From: Macrostomum lignano
Taxonomy: Eukaryota
Assembly: GCA_002269645.1 (NCBI GenBank)
Contig: NIVC01002179.1
Location: 124,001-188,000, forward strand
Direction: 5' to 3'
Length of the DNA stretch: 64,000 bases
Position numbers and translations under genes: made by a program
Notes under the pieces: model-generated
Told to the model about the DNA's origin: nothing
Databases searched by the model: none
What the model saw: only the letters and a program-made list of their open reading frames with translations
Shown: in pieces, positions 18,643 to 31,037 of the stretch
Numbering within the stretch: the first letter of the stretch is position 1
Layout: every line of letters starts with the position of its first letter

Positions 18643-21243
18643 GGTTGCTAAGGTGATTTTCTTGTTGGGCGACTCAAACTTACAGTTGCAGTAATGTCAA
18701 ACAAAGAAATTTTACAAAATTTATAAAAATCAACAAATGAATTGGAAACTATTCTTTTGCTCATGATTTTTGGTTAATGAAATAACTGAATTTACGCCAG
18801 CGACAATATATATTTTAATATACAAAATATAATAGACAGATACTGTAAATCTGCCTTCTAATTATTTGATTTTTTATTCTAAAAAACTATTGAGTAATTT
18901 ATTATCCCCTGAAACATCTAGTTATAACTGCAGTTCAAGTGAAACAAAATATAAGAGGCTGGACATATGGATATTAGTATAGTTTCTATTAAGTAGATCC
19001 AAAATGTACATACAGAAAGCAAATTAAGAAACTATATTAATGCAATCAATATAAGGTAATAATTTGTATTGCACAAATAAGTTAAGTAAGTTTAAAAAAT
19101 TGATTTATTTGGATCCAATGAGACAAACAGCTATAACCAGTGTTGAAAGCTAAAAAATGCTTAAAATATTATTTAGCTATATGAGTATATGGTCAATTGT
19201 GACTATGTTAAATACATTTTAGTTCATATAGGATAGAAATTTCTTTTTCTGGCTCGAAACCTTTGACTGAGCTTACAGCTTTGTTAAATTGTTTTATTTT
19301 TCAATTATCACATGCTGAAAATGAATAAATAAATCAAATCAATGTAAATAATTTTAAAAGTAAACATGTCATAAAATGCTTCACAAAAAATTAAGGAAGT
19401 TCCTGATCCATAACGACTGATTTTCGACAATATTTTTGTCTGAGTATGAAGATTGCTCACAATTTTTGGGATCACAAAAAACTGCTTTAAAAACAGTGCT
19501 TTTACAGTGTTATACTCAGGTTACGCCTGCTGTTCGATTAATTAATAACGAAAATTTATTTTCAAAGCTCATCCATCCATAGAATAGCGAAATTATCAAC
19601 TACTTTATGACAAGCTGAAACATTGATTAAATAAGTTTTTTTGTTTTCTGTTTTTTAAAAACCAAAAAAATTGTGCTGCCATCTGACATCACATCTCAGA
19701 CCAGGAAGTGAACAAAATGAACAAACTTTAAATGTCGCCGATTTGTCGAAAATATGACCGTTCAAAAAACCATTAAATGAGTCTGTAACAACAGAAGGAA
19801 TTTTAACAAAATTGAAACCTCAATTTCGATATGATTGCGACAGATTCTATATGTTTTTAATTCGCTTAAAAGCTGTACTGTCTGCTTAAATCTTCTGGCC
19901 GAGTTTCTTAAGTTTAATTTAAAATAACAAGCATGTATTATGCTTGCATGATAAGCTGGCCTAAACGACTCATCAGACCCAACTTCATATTGGAGAAAAA
20001 TGATTGAAACTTGCAAAACATGTAAATTTCTCAATTGTCCAGCATATTGAAGCGGTTAATATTTGTCTAACTGTCTAGTAGTTCACGTCCCTTTTAGTAT
20101 ACAGGCACGAGATTAAAAATTGTTCTTGGGCCGCTTTTAAATTACGAGTATAAACCTTCGGGAGCAACAACAAGTGGAGATTAACACGCATCCAGTTTAA
20201 CCAGCCAATCGTGCTTAGAGGACCAGGTTTTAAGGCCTCGATATAGAGGTCGTCCAGCCTGCTCAGACTGTCCAGACTGATATTACGAGCTACATGTACA
20301 TGTTCGACGATTAACAAATTCTTATCCGGATAAAAGGAACCAAATTGAGAGCAGGCAAAAATATGCCTCCTCGGTCTAAATTTAACTAACCCTTAATTAG
20401 CTCATAAATTCTGCTGTTGTCCAGTTTGTCTTTATCCGTCTGCAACAACCGATAAAAACGCAATTTATAACCACAAGCTCAGCTATACATCTTCTGTAGA
20501 ACATACTTCTCTTTTTATAAAGACAACTAGCTGCTGATGTTATTAGCGGTTCATAGTAAACGACGCGGGACCATGCAGTCATTTACAAGGCTCCTAATTT
20601 GATTTTGCCCCATGGTTATTCACCTCCATACAATGCATTTACAGTGCATGGATTAGATTGCACCATAGGCAGTTTCATGTACATGCCTATTCAGAAATAC
20701 CTGACATTTAATAGGGCATCTTGCTGGGAAGTAATGAGCATAAAATTTTACATTGTACATCTACTTGTATATTCGGTCTGCGAAAAACTTTTGCAATTGT
20801 TCACAATTGTTCTTAAAATCGTTCTTTTGAAATTTTAGTCAACAGTTGCATATGGGGCTCCTATTTTTTGGTTTTATCTCGGGAAAGAATTGCTACACAT
20901 AGCAATCACTCTTTACCCCTGGCCTTAAGTAAGATAAGGCTTAAGCCCAAGGCTAGTTTATTTGAAGTTGTGTCCATGAGCAGTTGTGCACAGCTTCGTA
21001 GACAGCGTACTCAGGTGCTGTCAAACCTATCAAGTGGGGTAGTGGCAGTGCTGGATAGTAACTGCGCTCTTCCAGAGGCAACGCTACAAATGTGAAAACC
21101 CTCATTATCTTATGCTGAAAATGTGTCTCTGCTTTCAAATGAGGGTGTTTTAGCAAAGACATAAAGGCAGCTCATAGCCACAAGCGGTTTCATTTCGTAG
21201 TGCTAGCGTTTCATTCTCAATAAGCAACCCCGCACAGACAGCC

Positions 21244-24200
21244 ATGTCCTGCAACCAGGAGGCCTTCGTCATGCCCCAGGGCGAGAGCACTTTTGCCAAA
21301 CGGGTGCGTTCAGAGATGTCCGACCCAGCCAAAGTGGAAGTGTTCGCCGCCTTGAAGCAGAATCTTCGCGACGTTTGGGTAGACGATTTTAATGACGACA
21401 TCTATCTGTACAGATTTTTCAAGGCCAGACAGTTCGACCGCGTCCGGACTGAAGAAATGATACGAAATCATTTGCGTTGGAGGAAAGAATACAAGGCTGA
21501 TGACCTGCTGGCTAATGGAGGCTTCCAGGTAAGATTGAGATCCTAGAGGAACATGTGCAATTTTATTATAGACCTGGAGGGTGTGACTTTTGCTTTGGGT
21601 GTGTTCATGCCTGATGTCCGGGTCGTTATGTCTCGTCTTTTGTCCCCGTGAGGCGTGGCACTCCAATCTGACGGCTGCAATTCTTGGGCCCTGCTGTCGC
21701 CGTAAGGCATGGAAGCCACACAAGCTGCAACCCGGAGAGAAGTTCACTTGGATGTTGTTTAAGGATGTGCACCAGGGGGAGCTTTGTTTAAGCTGTGAGC
21801 TACGTACATGTAGCGGAAGGTACTGGACGAGACTTTTCGTCAATGTAAAATTTTCGAGCTTTTGCGAAAGAGTCTTAATTGCTCCCACCGTACATCCGGT
21901 AAGCGTGTACCAATGTTTGTCCGTGGGCATGGGCATTATTTCCCCCAACGACCAATTAACCACTAGAAGGTCTTAATATTTAAAGAAACGCCCATCGATT
22001 AACCGCTCAGGAGGCCGAGGTGATCACCCGCTACTATGCCGGCGGCTTCTGCGGCGTGGACAAGGAGGGCCATCCAGTTTGGTACGAGCCGTCTGGCCTC
22101 ATCGATCCGCAGGGCCTGGCCAGGTCAGTGACCAGAGAGCATCTGTTGCGCAGTCGGATTTACATCACCGAACGATTCGTGCGTCAAATTCTGCCAGAGA
22201 TGCGTCGGAAGACCGGTCTGCCGCTCTACTCTTGCACTTTTGTGATTGACCTGACCAACTACGGCCGGCGGCACCTGTGGGGCCCCGGCCTGGAATTCTA
22301 TGCCGAGTTCGTGCAAATCTGCGAGCAGAACTATCCGGAAACAATCGGCACTGCGTACATTGTCAATGCGCCGGCGATTTTTCCAATCGTCTTCAATCTG
22401 CTCAAACCGCTGCTACACGTCGAGACGCAGAAGAAGATCAAAGTGCTCGGAAGGAATTATAAACAGGTAAAATAGTTACAACATCTAATTTGTAATTAAT
22501 TCTATGAGCAGTACAAGGTGTAAGCAAATATATCCAGACTGTGAAGGGAACAGGGTATATTATTAGAAAGTTAGTCAATAAAAATATTCGTAACTTCGTT
22601 GCTTTTTCAGCCCTGGGTGTTGATACGGAGATTATCCAGAAGTTTAGTTCAAACTCTGTAGCTAAGATTTTAGGTGAGGCCATTAAAATTTATTCAAACT
22701 TAGTAAACTGAATGGTACACGTCACATAAAGTTGTGGTTTCGATTCAAAACTTGACCGGGACTTGGATAATTCTCGTCGACAGAGTACAGTGCGCTATGT
22801 GTTCAGTGTCTGACAAAGAGAAAGTCAGTGAAAATGAGAAACCTGTGTTACGTGTTAACTGTGTAAATTTGCAGATCCTTCTCAATGCAATCGACGCTGA
22901 TGAGCTGCCAAAAATTTTCGGCGGCAATCGCACGGACCCTGACGGAGATCCGCACTGTCGCTCAATGATCTGCTGGGGCGGCGACGTGCCCAAGCATTAC
23001 TACTTGAAGCCGAATTATCCGGAACGACTGGTGTCGCAGAGCATCGGACGAAGATCTACGCACCGCGTTGAACTGAGTGTGCCACCGGCTCCCCAAGCGG
23101 GCCAGTGGTGCATCGAATGGGACTTTCTCACCGACGATGGAGATTTGGGATTTGAGATTGTCAGCACTGACGATTCTGAGGTGAGAATGAATTACTATTA
23201 CCATTAAGTGCTTAGAATTTGGGTCGTCTGGTGTGACCAAAGCGTCTTTAAGATACAATCTGGTGTAAGGGATCCAGAGTGTCATTGTATTGTCTCACTC
23301 AGTATCAAAGATTTAAACAGTGGTTTGTTAATTGTAAAACATTGACAAAATAAAGCATCGAGGGTGCAAAGCATCGAGGGTGCAAAGCATCGAGGGTGCA
23401 AAGCATCGAGGGTGCAAAGCATCGAGGGTGCAAAGCATCGAGGGTGCAAAGCATCGAGGGTGCAAAGCATCGAGGGTGCAAAGCATCGAGGGTGCAAAGC
23501 ATCGAGGGTGCAAAGCATCGAGGGTGCAAAGCATCGAGGGTGCAAAGCATTGAGGGTGCAAAGCATCGAGGGTGTAACGTATCGAGGGAGTAACGAATCG
23601 AGGGTGCAAAGCATCGAGGGTGTAACGAATCGAGAGTGTAAAGCATCGAGGGAGTAACGAATCGAGGGTGCAAAGCATTGAGGGTGTAACGAATCGAGAG
23701 TGTAATGAATGCATCGACGGTGTAAAGCATCGAAGGTGCAAAGCGTCGAGGGTGTAACGAATCGAGAGTGTAATGAATGCATCGACGGTGTAAAGCATCG
23801 AAGGTGCAAAGCATCGAGGGAGTAACGAACCGAGGGTGCAAAGCATCGAGGGTGTAACGAATCGAGAGTGTAAAGCATCGAGGGAGTAACGAATCGAGGG
23901 TGCAAAGCATCGAGGGTGTAACGAATCGAGAGTGTAAAGCATCGAGGGAGTAACGAATCGAGGGTGCAAAGCATTGAGGGTGTAACGAACCGAGGGTGCA
24001 AAGCATCGAGGGTGTAACGAATCGAGAGTGTAAAGCATCGAGGGAGTAACGAATCGAGGGTGCAAAGCATCGAGGGTGTAACGAATCGAGAGTGTAAAGC
24101 ATCGAGGGAGTAACGAATCGAGGGTGCAAAGCATTGAGGGTGTAACGAATCGAGAGTGTAATGAATGCATCGACGGTGTAAAGCATCGAAGGTGCAAAGC

Positions 24201-25299
24201 GTCGAGGGTGTAAAGCATCGAGGGTGCAAAGCATCGAGGGTGCAAAGCATCGAGGGTGCAAAGTATCGAGGGTGCAAAGCATCGAGGGTGCAAAACATCG
24301 AGGGTACAAAGCATCGAGGGTGCAAAGCATCGAGGGTGCAAAGCATCGAGGGTGCAAAGCATCGAGGGCGCAAAGCATCGAGGGTGTAACGTATCGAGGG
24401 AGTAACGAATCGAGGGTGCAAAGCATCGAGGGTGTAACGTATCGAGGGAGTAACGAATCGAGGGTGCAAAGCATCGAGGGTGTAACGAATCGAGAGTGTA
24501 ATGAATGCATCGACGGTGTAAAGCATCGAAGGTGCAAAGCGTCGAGGGTGTAAAGCATCGAAGGTGCAAAGCGTCGAGGGTGTAAAGCATCGAAGGTGTA
24601 AAGCATTGAGGGTGTAACGAATGGAGGGTGTAAAGATAGTGGGTTGGACTAATTTATGGCATTGAGGTTTCAAACTATAATATATAACAAGGGAGTGGAA
24701 TATCGAGTAAGTGTGTGCAACATCGAGAATATAATACTATATTTAAAGAGAAGCACTAAAGATATGATATATTGGGGTTGCAGTATCGAGCAGGTTTAGA
24801 ATGTAGGATCAATTAAGGATTAATTTAGGATCAAATTATCTACATGAAGCTGTGCCGTTAAAGAGAGGCTCACTCTACACACCCTACGCAGAGTGAGCCA
24901 CTGGTCGGCTACCGAAGAGTCCACTGCGGCATCTGCCCCTGCTCAGGCGCGGTGGCCTGTCCGCAGTCAGCCGACAGCAGGAAGTACACAGTCTGCTTCG
25001 ACAATGCGTTCAGTAGGATTCGCTCGAAACGATTGCGCTACTTTGTGCACGTCACCGACAAGCCAATCGCCGCCCTGATGGACACCGACAGCTGCAGGAC
25101 GGCGGCGGACCTCGCAGCGGGGGCCGATCCCGGGCCGAAGCCTTCGAACGAAACCTGGAAGAGTTTGAGCGCTCGTCGGAGCAGGACGGCGCTGTTGGGG
25201 GCGATTGACGTCCAGATCAGGGCAATTCGTCAGCCGAGCTATTTTTTTCAAACCTTCTGCAATAACTATTTGCCAACATGGAGCAATATGCATGTATAG
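21244..25299 (+). CDS. SEC14L: SEC14-like lipid-binding protein (CRAL-TRIO + GOLD; SEC14L2/3/4-type), about 484 aa, 4 exons
   Basis: Exons 21244-21528, 22011-22466, 22875-23180, 24892-25299; all phase 0, GT-AG, 1455 nt. Motifs DDIYLYRFFKARQFD, YYAGGFCGVDKEGHPVWYE, EQNYPETIGTAYIVNAPAIF, ELPKIFGG, ICWGGDVPKHYY, WDFLTDDGDLGF, YTVCFDNAFS. Confidence 0.93.
23350..24640. repeat. 16-bp minisatellite (AAAGCATCGAGGGTGC)n with variant blocks, SEC14L intron 3
   Basis: About 80 units. Confidence 0.96.
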
Positions 25300-26044
25300 C
25301 ACTTGAAGTCAATTTTAAAGTAGAATGTTTCGGTCGGTCTTGAGCGTATTCGACTCGTTGCTGGTTACGCGTCTTTCTCGTATCATTTCTATTCGGAAAT
25401 TATGTCAAAATTAATGACGAAATATCCAAGGCAGGGGCGCGTAGTCCCAAAGATTCAATAAAGTTAGTTTTTGTAATTGAAGTTTCGCGGAAAGTTTGCT
25501 TTTAACAATTAAGAAACACGTAGCAATCATTGGGACTTTAGAAACTGTTTATGGCTTTCTGTGTTGCCTCTCCAATGGGAAGGCCAGGATTTCTACTAAT
25601 TGTCAAGCAAGTTTAAAATAAATTAAAATTTAATACAGTCAAACGATGACTGGGTAAAATTTCTTGAAACACTTCGCTCAAAAATGAGACTTACGTTTCT
25701 ACTTTCCAACAAGGCACACAAATGGAGGCTGTACCAACGCACAAACTCAAATATATTACTTGTACTGAATCTGAGTACACTCTGATGTTGTCTGGCATTG
25801 CGAATACGCGACATCTTAAAAGCATAAGTTTTGTATTAATGCAAAAATAACTGCAGTTGAGTGGCAACAATTGGCTACTTGTAAGTAGTTGCATGCGTTT
25901 TGACTTTCTTGACATGAAAATTTCCTCAAAAGCGAGGTTATGGAAAATAAGCATGGGCTGTTGCCAAGGTTTCATCACAGCTCATCAATATCAGGCAGGG
26001 TCACCTGTTGAGTTTACCTTGATGAGAATATCCGTAAGCTTCAC

Positions 26045-26570
26045 TCAGCTGATGCTATTGCCATTCAGCCTGCTCACGGCTGCTTCAATCTGGAGCACAC
26101 AGCGCTGCAGACTCTGTGTCAGCGTCATCAGGGACGCGGCTGTAGTGACGATGAGCTTGTCTGACTGCGGGTTGCTCTGGTTCAGGTCGCTGAGCTGTGG
26201 CTGACAAGCCAACTGCTGGTGCAATGTCCAGGAGCTCTGCTGCCAGGCAGTTGGAGACTGTCGTTGAACGGGTTGCCATGGCTGTTGCTGCTGCTGATGA
26301 TGCTGCTGCTGCTGCTGCTGCTGCTGATGCTGCTGATGCTGCTGCTGATGCTGCTGCTGCTGATGCTGCTGCTGCTGATGCTGCTGATGCTGCTGCTGAT
26401 GCTGCTGCTGCTGATGCTGCTGCTGCTGCTGCTGCTGATGCTGCTGCTGCTGATGATGATGATGCTGGGTTTCATCTGTCGATGGCGATCTGTCGCGCCC
26501 ACGGCAGACGAAAGGCGAGCGCTGCAGCATCTGGTTCAGCGTCTGCACCGACGCGCGCTGCTTGTACAGA

Positions 26571-26603
<33 letters not shown>

Positions 26604-28562
26604 GAAGCCGCAGGCGCAAGGGGCGGCTCCGCCGAGTCTCCAGACGGAGGCGGCACAGCGGACGGCGCCAGACCTTCGAGACGGCGCTGCGCTCGGTCCA
26701 GGGTGAGCAGCAGCTGAGCGAACCCGGAGCTCTTGACGGGGTCGAAAGTGCAGCAGGAGCCGCCCTCTCCAGCCTCGGTGTCGCAGTCATCGTTGCCGTT
26801 GTCCAGCACCTCGAGCGTCGTGGCGCTGCTCGCGCTGCCGCTGGAGTTGCAGCCCAGCTCAGCGGTTCTGGGCGGCTCCGGCGGCAGCTCGACTTTGCCG
26901 AATCGCGGCAGCTCCGAGTCCACCGCGTTCGAGCTGCTCGGGGCCGCCAGCTCCGCCTCAGTCGGTGGAAACGACTCGCAGGCGCTCTCCAGGAGCTTTG
27001 ACTCGATCACGCTGTGCACCTGCAGCGGGTTCTGAGGTCCGCCAGCGCGGCAGCCCATCCTGGCACCGTTGTTTCCGTTGGCACCGACTGCACTGCCAGC
27101 CTCACGGCAGCCCATCCAGGCACCGGTGTTTCCGTTGGCACCGACTGTATTGCCAGCCTCATGGCAGCCCGTCCAGGCACCGGTGTTTCCGTTGGCACCG
27201 ACTGCACTGCCAGCCTCACGGCAGCCCATCCAGGCACCGTTGTTTCCGTTGGCACCGACTGTATTGCCAGCCTCACGGCAGCCCATCCAGGCACCGGTGT
27301 TTCCGTTGGCACCGACTGTATTGCCAGCCTCACGGCAGCCCGTCCAGCCACCGGTGTTTCCGTTGGCACCGACTGTATTGCCAGCCTCACGGCAGCCCGT
27401 CCAGGCACCGGTGTTTCCGTTGGCACCGACTGTATTGCCAGCCTCACGGCAGCCCGTCCAGCCACCGGTGTTTCCGTTGGCACCGACTGTATTGCCAGCC
27501 TCACGGCAGCCCGTCCAGGCACCGGTGTTTCCATTAGCACCGACTGTATTGCCAGCCTCACGGCAGCCCGTCCAGGCACCGGTGTTTCCGTTGGCACCGA
27601 CTGTATTGCCAGCCTCACGGCAGCCCGTCCAGGCACCGGTGTTTCCGTTGGCACCGACTGTATTGCCAGCCTCACGGCAGCCCGTCCAGGCACCGGTGTT
27701 TCCGTTCACTGCGCTGCCAGCATCAGTTTCAGTTTCAATGCCTCCCTCTTCCCCTTCGCTCCCGCTGCTGTCGGCCTCGCCATCCTCACCAGCAGCCTCA
27801 GTCGAGCAGCTGGTGCCGGTCTTGCTAATTGAGTCTCCGTCAGCGCAGGTGTTCAAAGCTGTGCTGCAGGGAGCGACGCCGCAGTCCGCCGACTTCTCAG
27901 CAGCTTCAGCAACGCTCGGCTCAGTTGGAGGCTTCAGCGCCTCTGGCACTGCATCCCGGATGAGCAGGCTCTTGGTGCTGCACCTGTGCTGCTCATCGCA
28001 CTGCGGCAGCTGCTGGTTCGGGGCTCTGGCTGGCGGCCGACAGACCGAAGGCTCCTGGCGGATCAGCAGGATCGCTGCGGCCTGCTGTGATGGGCAGCCG
28101 CAGTGAGTCACAACGCTGCAACCGAGGGCTGTCAGGGTCGGCGGCTGCGGGCTCCTGATGGACCTGGCTCGCTCCGGAGTGACGTCAGCTTCGACCAGCT
28201 CGCCCCGGAAGCATCGGCGCGTTGGCGAGCCGTCATGGCGCTCGGTGGCGTCATCGGCTGCGGTTTCGTCCTTGTCGCCATCGCCACTGGCGTCCGACGC
28301 CTGCAGGTCCTCGCTGGTGAGGCCGCTGACGATGTCGGCCTCCGGTGGCAGCAGCTGCCGACGCGTCGGGCGGAAGTTCCGGCGGCGCAACCGGCTGGCG
28401 GAGCTGGGCGGGTCGAGCTGGTCGGTGCCGAAGGTCGTGCCGCTCTCCTCAATGGAGACGGCGACGGCAGCCTCGGTGGAGCTCCGGCCTCGGCTGCTGA
28501 TGCGGCTGAAGTAGTTCTGCAGGTTGCGAAATGTCTCGCCAGAAATTGGCGGGGGCTCCGGC

Positions 28563-28593
<31 letters not shown>

Positions 28594-28885
28594 TTTTATC
28601 TGCGAGCTTCTTCTCCTGGGAGCTCCTGTGGTGACGCTGAGGAGCTTCTGGCTGATGCTGAGGTGGCGACGCTGGCGGCCCCTGCCGTTGCTTCTCGGTG
28701 AGGTTCCGCAGCGCCTCCAGCACGCTGTGCAGCGCTGCCTGGAGCTCATCGTGAGAAGCAGCTGGCTGATGAAGCTGCTGCTGAGGCGACGCCGCCTGCG
28801 GCACTTTGCCGCTCTTGCCCGCTGCGGGACAGTCGCCGAAACTGCCGGCTTTGCTGGATTTCTTCGACTTGTGCAACCATGGCAT
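26045..28885 (-). CDS. Uncharacterised 946-aa low-complexity protein (polyQ/H tracts, 11.5 x 19-aa repeat, short predicted coiled coils)
   Basis: Uninterrupted 2.8-kb ATG-to-stop ORF, GC-rich with codon usage like the neighbouring genes. No family recognised. Could be the terminal exon of a larger gene. Confidence 0.65.
26280..26465 (-). repeat. CAG/CAT trinucleotide tract encoding polyQ/H
   Basis: (GCT/GAT)n on the plus strand, inside the 946-aa ORF. Confidence 0.95.
27050..27710 (-). repeat. 57-bp coding minisatellite (NGNTGAWTGCREAGNTVGA x about 11.5)
   Basis: In-frame tandem units inside the 946-aa ORF. Confidence 0.95.
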
Positions 28886-29354
28886 CGCGCGGATGACAGT
28901 AGTATGTAGCGCTTCAGCAGCTCTCCCGACTGACCATTGAACCGTCTAGTGCAAGACTGTACATTTAGTTGAGGTCTGATCTTAAAGATACTGTAGCCAA
29001 AGCAAACAGAAGATAGCTTGAGGCTTGTAAGATGGACTCAAGGAGATGCACTAAGGCGAGTCACTTCCTGCCATAGAGGGGTTGGCGCAGAACTGATTGC
29101 TTCCCTAATTGCTTCTGCCAGGGGTTTTAAGTCTTATTTTATCTCTCAGAGTTAGATACTGCTGACTTTAAGGTAGATCGCTACTACAGTACAGACAGAC
29201 GAAAATCACATCAAGGATTTCACTGATTTTAATATCGAACCACAGTAGCGAGAGTCCCTCTAATTGCATCCTAGTCTACCGTAATGTATCCCTTCAGATT
29301 ACGAGCATTAGATGATAGTGGAATTAGCCACAGGCTAGTTGGATTCTTTTAATT

Positions 29355-30600
29355 TTCCGGAGGGAGAGACACCGAGAGGAGAGGGAGAGACACGGAGAGG
29401 AGAGGGAGAGACACGGAGAGGAGAGGGAGAGACACGGAGAGGAGAGGGAGAGACACGGAGAGGAGAGGGAGAGACACTGAGAGGAGAGGGAGAGACACGG
29501 AGAGGAGAGGGAGAGACACGGAGAGGAGAGAGAGAGACACGGAGAGGAGAGGGAGAGACACGGAGAGGAGAGGGAGAGACACTGAGAGGAGAGAGAGACA
29601 CGGAGAGGAGAGGGAGAGACACGGAGAGGAGAGAGAGAGACACGGAGAGGAGAGGGAGAGACACGGAGAGGAGAGGGAGAGACACTGAGAGGAGAGAGAG
29701 AGACACGGAGAGGAGAGGGAGAGACACGGAGAGGAGAGAGAGAGACACGGAGAGGAGAGGGAGAGACACGGAGAGGAGAGGGAGAGACACGGAGAGGAGA
29801 GGGAAAGACACTGAGAGGAGAGAGAGAGACACGGAGAGGAGAGGGAGAGACACGGAGAGGAGAGGGAGAGACAACGAGAGGAGAGAGAGACACGGAGAGG
29901 AGAGAGAGAGACACTGAGAGGAGAGGGAGAGACACGGAGAGGAGAGGGAGAGACACGGAGAGGAGAGGGAGAGACACTGAGAGGAGAGAGAGACACGGAG
30001 AGGAGAGAGAGACACGGAGAGGAGAGGGAGAGACACGGAGAGGAGAGGGAGAGACACTGAGAGGAGAGAGAGACACTGAGAGGAGAGAGAGAGACACTGA
30101 GAGGAGAGGGAGAGACACTGAGAGGAGAGAGAGAGACACTGAGAGGAGAGAGAGAGACACGGAAAGGAGAGGGAGAGACAACGAGAGGAGAGAGAGACAC
30201 GGAGAGGAGAGAGAGAGACACTGAGAGGAGAGGGAGAGACACGGAGAGGAGAGGGAGAGACACGGAGAGGAGAGGGAGAGACACTGAGAGGAGAGAGAGA
30301 CACGGAGAGGAGAGAGAGACACTGAGAGGAGAGGGAGACACTGAGAGGAGAGAGAGAGACACTGAGAGGAGAGGGAGAGACACTGAGAGGAGAGGGAGAG
30401 ACACTGAGAGGAGAGGGAGAGACACTGAGAGGAGAGGGAGAGACACTGAGAGGAGAGAGAGAGACACTGAGAGGAGAGGGAGAGACACTGAGAGGAGAGG
30501 GAGACACGGAGAGGAGAGAGAGACACGGAGAGGAGAGAGAGACACGGAGAGGAGAGGGAGAGACACTGAGAGGAGAGCGAGAGACAGGGAGAGTAGAGGA
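29355..30600. repeat. 21/19-bp purine-rich minisatellite (CACGGAGAGGAGAGGGAGAGA)n
   Basis: About 60 units. Confidence 0.95.
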
Positions 30601-31037
30601 GAGATATGTAATCATAAAAATCATGAAAGTATATAAAATTTAACAAGCCTGCAATTCACCACCAACAAGGCAGTGACTATTTGTAGTCCTCAGAAGTTCG
30701 TCAATCTGTATTGATTAAATTAATCTCGCCAACAGATAGTGGACTCGCCATTTATGAGCCCAAAAATCATGACGCTACATAAAAACCTGTCAAGAGGCAA
30801 TTGTGTCAGTCATCCATCGCCAGAATTATACCAGGTAGAGGTCGACGCTCAGCAGTGCGCTTCCTTCGCTTTCCCGGTCCGCCAGGCCGGCTAAGGTGCA
30901 GGATCTGGTCCAGCAGCTCGGCGCCGTGCATCGCGTCGCAGTGACCGCCGAGGTCGAGAAATCCGCAGTACCGCTTCAATACGCTGTGGCTGCCTGGGCG
31001 CCTGATTAAATCATTTGTTGGCGAATTAAATGCAACT

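Noticed and set aside
19700-21200. Short ORFs between the divergent MAP10 and SEC14L genes
   Set aside because: No recognisable domains or splice structure; treated as promoter/intergenic or old decayed sequence.
23282-24673. 420-463-aa minus-strand ORFs
   Set aside because: Translations of the 16-bp intronic minisatellite in SEC14L intron 3.
26197-28909. Overlapping alternative-frame and antisense ORFs within the 946-aa gene
   Set aside because: Expected shadow ORFs of GC-rich, trinucleotide-repeat coding DNA.
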